A stretch of DNA of 64,000 bases, from contig NZ_JBGVJL010000193.1 in NCBI RefSeq assembly GCF_045129435.1, positions 20,447 through 84,446 on the forward strand, written 5' to 3'. The notes under the pieces are model-generated. The model did no database searches, was not told where the DNA came from, and worked only from the letters and a program-made list of their open reading frames with translations. A program made the position numbers and the translations under genes. Positions 61,466 through 64,000 of the stretch are shown here, piece after piece. Origin of the DNA: Ruminococcus sp. (GTDB lineage: Bacteria > Bacillota > Clostridia > Oscillospirales > Acutalibacteraceae). How positions within the stretch are numbered: the first letter of the stretch is position 1; the number at the start of each line of letters is the position of its first letter.

Positions 61466-63172
61466 ATGAGGAACTCTGTTTTTAACCTGAGTGATGACCT
61501 TGTTAAAAACGATATAATTAATCTGAAAAATCTAAAGCGTGTTCAGATGCTCTACGCTGAGGACAGCACAGTAACTATTGAGCAAGCCCTTGTAAAAGAA
61601 GGTCTTGTTACCGAGGAGCAAATTTACCAGCTTATGGCTGACAAAATGCACCTTCCGCTCGTTGACCTTGACTCCTACTACATAGAGGACGATGTTCTTC
61701 AGATTATTCCGGATCAGATGATGGAAGATTTAGGAGTAATGCCACTTACTGTTGAGGGCAATTACCTTTTAATTGCCATGACGAATCCACTCGACTATAA
61801 AGCAATTTATACTCTTAATAACTATACAAAAAGAAAAATTAAAACTGCTGTCTGTACTCCGTCACAGCTTGAGAAAAAGCGTAACGAAATTTTCAGCGTG
61901 TCAGACCAGGAAGCAGTAATTGACGAGGCTCAGGAATTTGTTCAGAGCCAGATGAAAAAAACTGAGGAAACAGTATCTACCGAAGGTCAGGAAGATATCG
62001 AGGATCAGCCTATCATCAAATTTGTAAACAATATGATAAGCGAAGCTGTAAGACAGCGTGTATCTGATATTCACCTTGAACCTCAGGAAACAAAAATGGT
62101 AATTCGTTTCCGTGTTGACGGTAAACTTATTAAATATATGGACTCAAGCAAGGAGCTTGCTCCTTCTGTAACAAGCCGTATTAAATTCATAAGCGGTATG
62201 AATATTGCAGAAAAAAGAGTTCCACAGGACGGTAGAATTCACTACAATGTCAATAATCAGAAAGTTGATATGCGTGTATCTTCCCTTCCTTGCGTTTACG
62301 GCGAAAAAATCGTAATCAGAATTACAACCGCACTCGGTATGAAGCTTGACAAAAAAGCAATCGGCTTTCTCCCGGAAAACCTTGAAAAATTCGATCAGCT
62401 TTTAACCTCAAGCCGTGGTATCATTCTACTTTCGGGTGCAACAGGTTCCGGTAAGTCAACCACACTTTACGCTGCTCTTTCAAGCCTTAACACCGAGGAC
62501 AAAAACATCGTAACAGTTGAAAACCCTGTCGAAATGGTTTTGCCAGGTGCAACACAGGTTAATATCAATGAAAAAGCCGGACTTACCTTTGCAAGCGTTC
62601 TTCGTTCTATCCTCCGTCAGGACCCTGACATTATTATGATCGGTGAGATTCGTGACCAGGAAACCGCAGACATTGCAGCCAGAGCCGCTATCACAGGTCA
62701 CCTTGTGCTTTCAACAATCCATACCTACAACGCAGCCAGCTCTGTTGTTCGTCTTATTGATATGGGTGTTGAGCCTTACATGGTATCTTCTTCAATGCTC
62801 GGCGTTATTGCCCAGAAGCTTGTCAGAAGACTTTGCCCTTCTTGCAAACAAGCCTATACTGCTACAGATGATGAGCTAAGACTTTTAGGACTTCCTATTA
62901 CAAAGCAGCTCACACTTTACAAGGCAGGTCAATGCCCTGCTTGCAACAACATTGGCTACAAGGGCAGAATTGCAGTTCACGAAGTAATGCCGGTTTCACG
63001 AGCAATCAAAAATGCAATTCATCTTGGCAAAACCACAGATGAAATCGACACAATCGCCCGTGAGGAGGGTATGATTTCACTTCGTGACAACCTCAAAAAA
63101 CTTTTGTATGATGGTATCATATCATTTGATACATTTATAGATACAGTATCAGAAATTTATCAGGAAGATTAA
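61466..63172 (+). CDS. pilB: Type IV pilus assembly ATPase
   Basis: SDIHLEP, RFRVDG, PQDGR, GATGSGKSTT, LRQDPD, GEIRD, TGHLVLST, two CxxC. Confidence 0.95.
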   Translation: MRNSVFNLSDDLVKNDIINLKNLKRVQMLYAEDSTVTIEQALVKEGLVTEEQIYQLMADKMHLPLVDLDSYYIEDDVLQIIPDQMMEDLGVMPLTVEGNYLLIAMTNPLDYKAIYTLNNYTKRKIKTAVCTPSQLEKKRNEIFSVSDQEAVIDEAQEFVQSQMKKTEETVSTEGQEDIEDQPIIKFVNNMISEAVRQRVSDIHLEPQETKMVIRFRVDGKLIKYMDSSKELAPSVTSRIKFISGMNIAEKRVPQDGRIHYNVNNQKVDMRVSSLPCVYGEKIVIRITTALGMKLDKKAIGFLPENLEKFDQLLTSSRGIILLSGATGSGKSTTLYAALSSLNTEDKNIVTVENPVEMVLPGATQVNINEKAGLTFASVLRSILRQDPDIIMIGEIRDQETADIAARAAITGHLVLSTIHTYNAASSVVRLIDMGVEPYMVSSSMLGVIAQKLVRRLCPSCKQAYTATDDELRLLGLPITKQLTLYKAGQCPACNNIGYKGRIAVHEVMPVSRAIKNAIHLGKTTDEIDTIAREEGMISLRDNLKKLLYDGIISFDTFIDTVSEIYQED

Positions 63173-63183
63173 GGAGTAGTTTT

Positions 63184-64000
63184 ATGGAATTTGAAGAGAT
63201 GGTCAGATTTGCCGTTGAAAACGGTGCATCTGATATTCACCTTGCGAGTAATAACCTGCCGTCTTACCGTAAAAACGGTAAAATTATGAACTACAGCGGC
63301 ACAGAGATTCTCGACGAGGACACAGTAATGAAATATATTGACGAGGTTCTTGAACCCGCAGATTATCTTAAATTCTGCAACACAGGCGACATTGACTCGG
63401 CTTATCAGTTTGAAGACCTGGCACGATTCAGAGTAAACGCATTCAAGCAGCGTCACGGTGCTTCGCTTGTAATGCGTGTAATCAAAATGAATCCGCCAAA
63501 GCTTGCAGACTTAAATCTGCCACAGTCAATTTCAAAAATTCTCAATTTGCAGGAAGGTCTTGTGCTTGTAACAGGTCCTACCGGTAGTGGTAAGTCAACC
63601 ACACTTGCTGCGTTGATTAATGAAATCAACCACAGAGAGGAACTTCACATTATCACAATTGAAGACCCTGTTGAGTATATGCACTCCCCGGCTAAATGTA
63701 TTGTCAACCAGAGAGAAGTCGGCGAAGACAGTGAAACCTATTCATCAGCTCTTAAATCGGCACTTCGTGAAGACCCTGATATTATCCTCATGGGTGAGAT
63801 TCGTGACCTTGAGTCAATGTCAATCGCTCTTCGTGCAGCTGAAACCGGTCACCTTGTTTTCTCAACACTTCATACAGAGAGTGCGGCAAAAACTATTGAC
63901 CGTCTTATAGATATGTACCCTGTTGAGCGTCAAAAACAGGCACTCAGCCAGCTTTCTACCACACTCAAGGCGGTAATTTCACAGCGTTTGCTTCCAAGAT
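63184..64000 (+). CDS. pilT: Type IV pilus retraction ATPase (runs off the window end)
   Basis: MEFEE...ASDIHL, RFRVNAF, GPTGSGKSTT, IEDPVE, ALREDPD, AAETGHLVFSTLH; open frame to 64000 (not in the ORF track). Confidence 0.92.
   Translation, partial: MEFEEMVRFAVENGASDIHLASNNLPSYRKNGKIMNYSGTEILDEDTVMKYIDEVLEPADYLKFCNTGDIDSAYQFEDLARFRVNAFKQRHGASLVMRVIKMNPPKLADLNLPQSISKILNLQEGLVLVTGPTGSGKSTTLAALINEINHREELHIITIEDPVEYMHSPAKCIVNQREVGEDSETYSSALKSALREDPDIILMGEIRDLESMSIALRAAETGHLVFSTLHTESAAKTIDRLIDMYPVERQKQALSQLSTTLKAVISQRLLPR

Noticed and set aside
63169..63910. ORF-track entries 63169-63456 (-) and 63620-63910 (+)
   Set aside because: Both are alternative frames over pilT, which starts at 63184 and is missing from the track only because it lacks a stop inside the window.

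Overview
Chromosomal window from a low-GC, spore-forming Clostridia-class bacterium. A dockerin-bearing protein and the gene content point to a Ruminococcus-like Oscillospiraceae (inference). Most of it is housekeeping: pduL, a D-Ala-D-Ala carboxypeptidase, recG, DAK2/fakA, ymdB, sporulation genes (yqfC/yqfD, ylbJ, asnO-like, bofA), ilvE, azlCD, a PP2C/anti-sigma/STAS partner-switching triad, LysR plus a MetE-type methionine synthase, feoAAB, ilvBNC, mntP behind a yybP-ykoY Mn riboswitch, a pur operon, SPFH/NfeD, secG, a topoisomerase IV-like pair, uvrB, radC, pyrE, and the start of a type IV pilus locus. The main unexplained structure is a non-coding 460-526 bp quasi-palindromic element present in three copies (23168-23693, 29030-29552, and inverted at 33680-34139). 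It has ~24-bp terminal inverted repeats and nested hairpins that covary between its arms. Every copy sits next to an intrinsic terminator, and one separates the Mn riboswitch from mntP. Also notable: two PurF paralogues degenerate in complementary ways, a PP2C phosphatase with an ECF-S-component-like membrane input, a broken CHAP-ricin-dockerin gene, and a perfect 23-bp inverted repeat inside the pilus locus. No tRNA, rRNA, CRISPR array or transposase was seen. Product calls come from motif recognition, not database searches.
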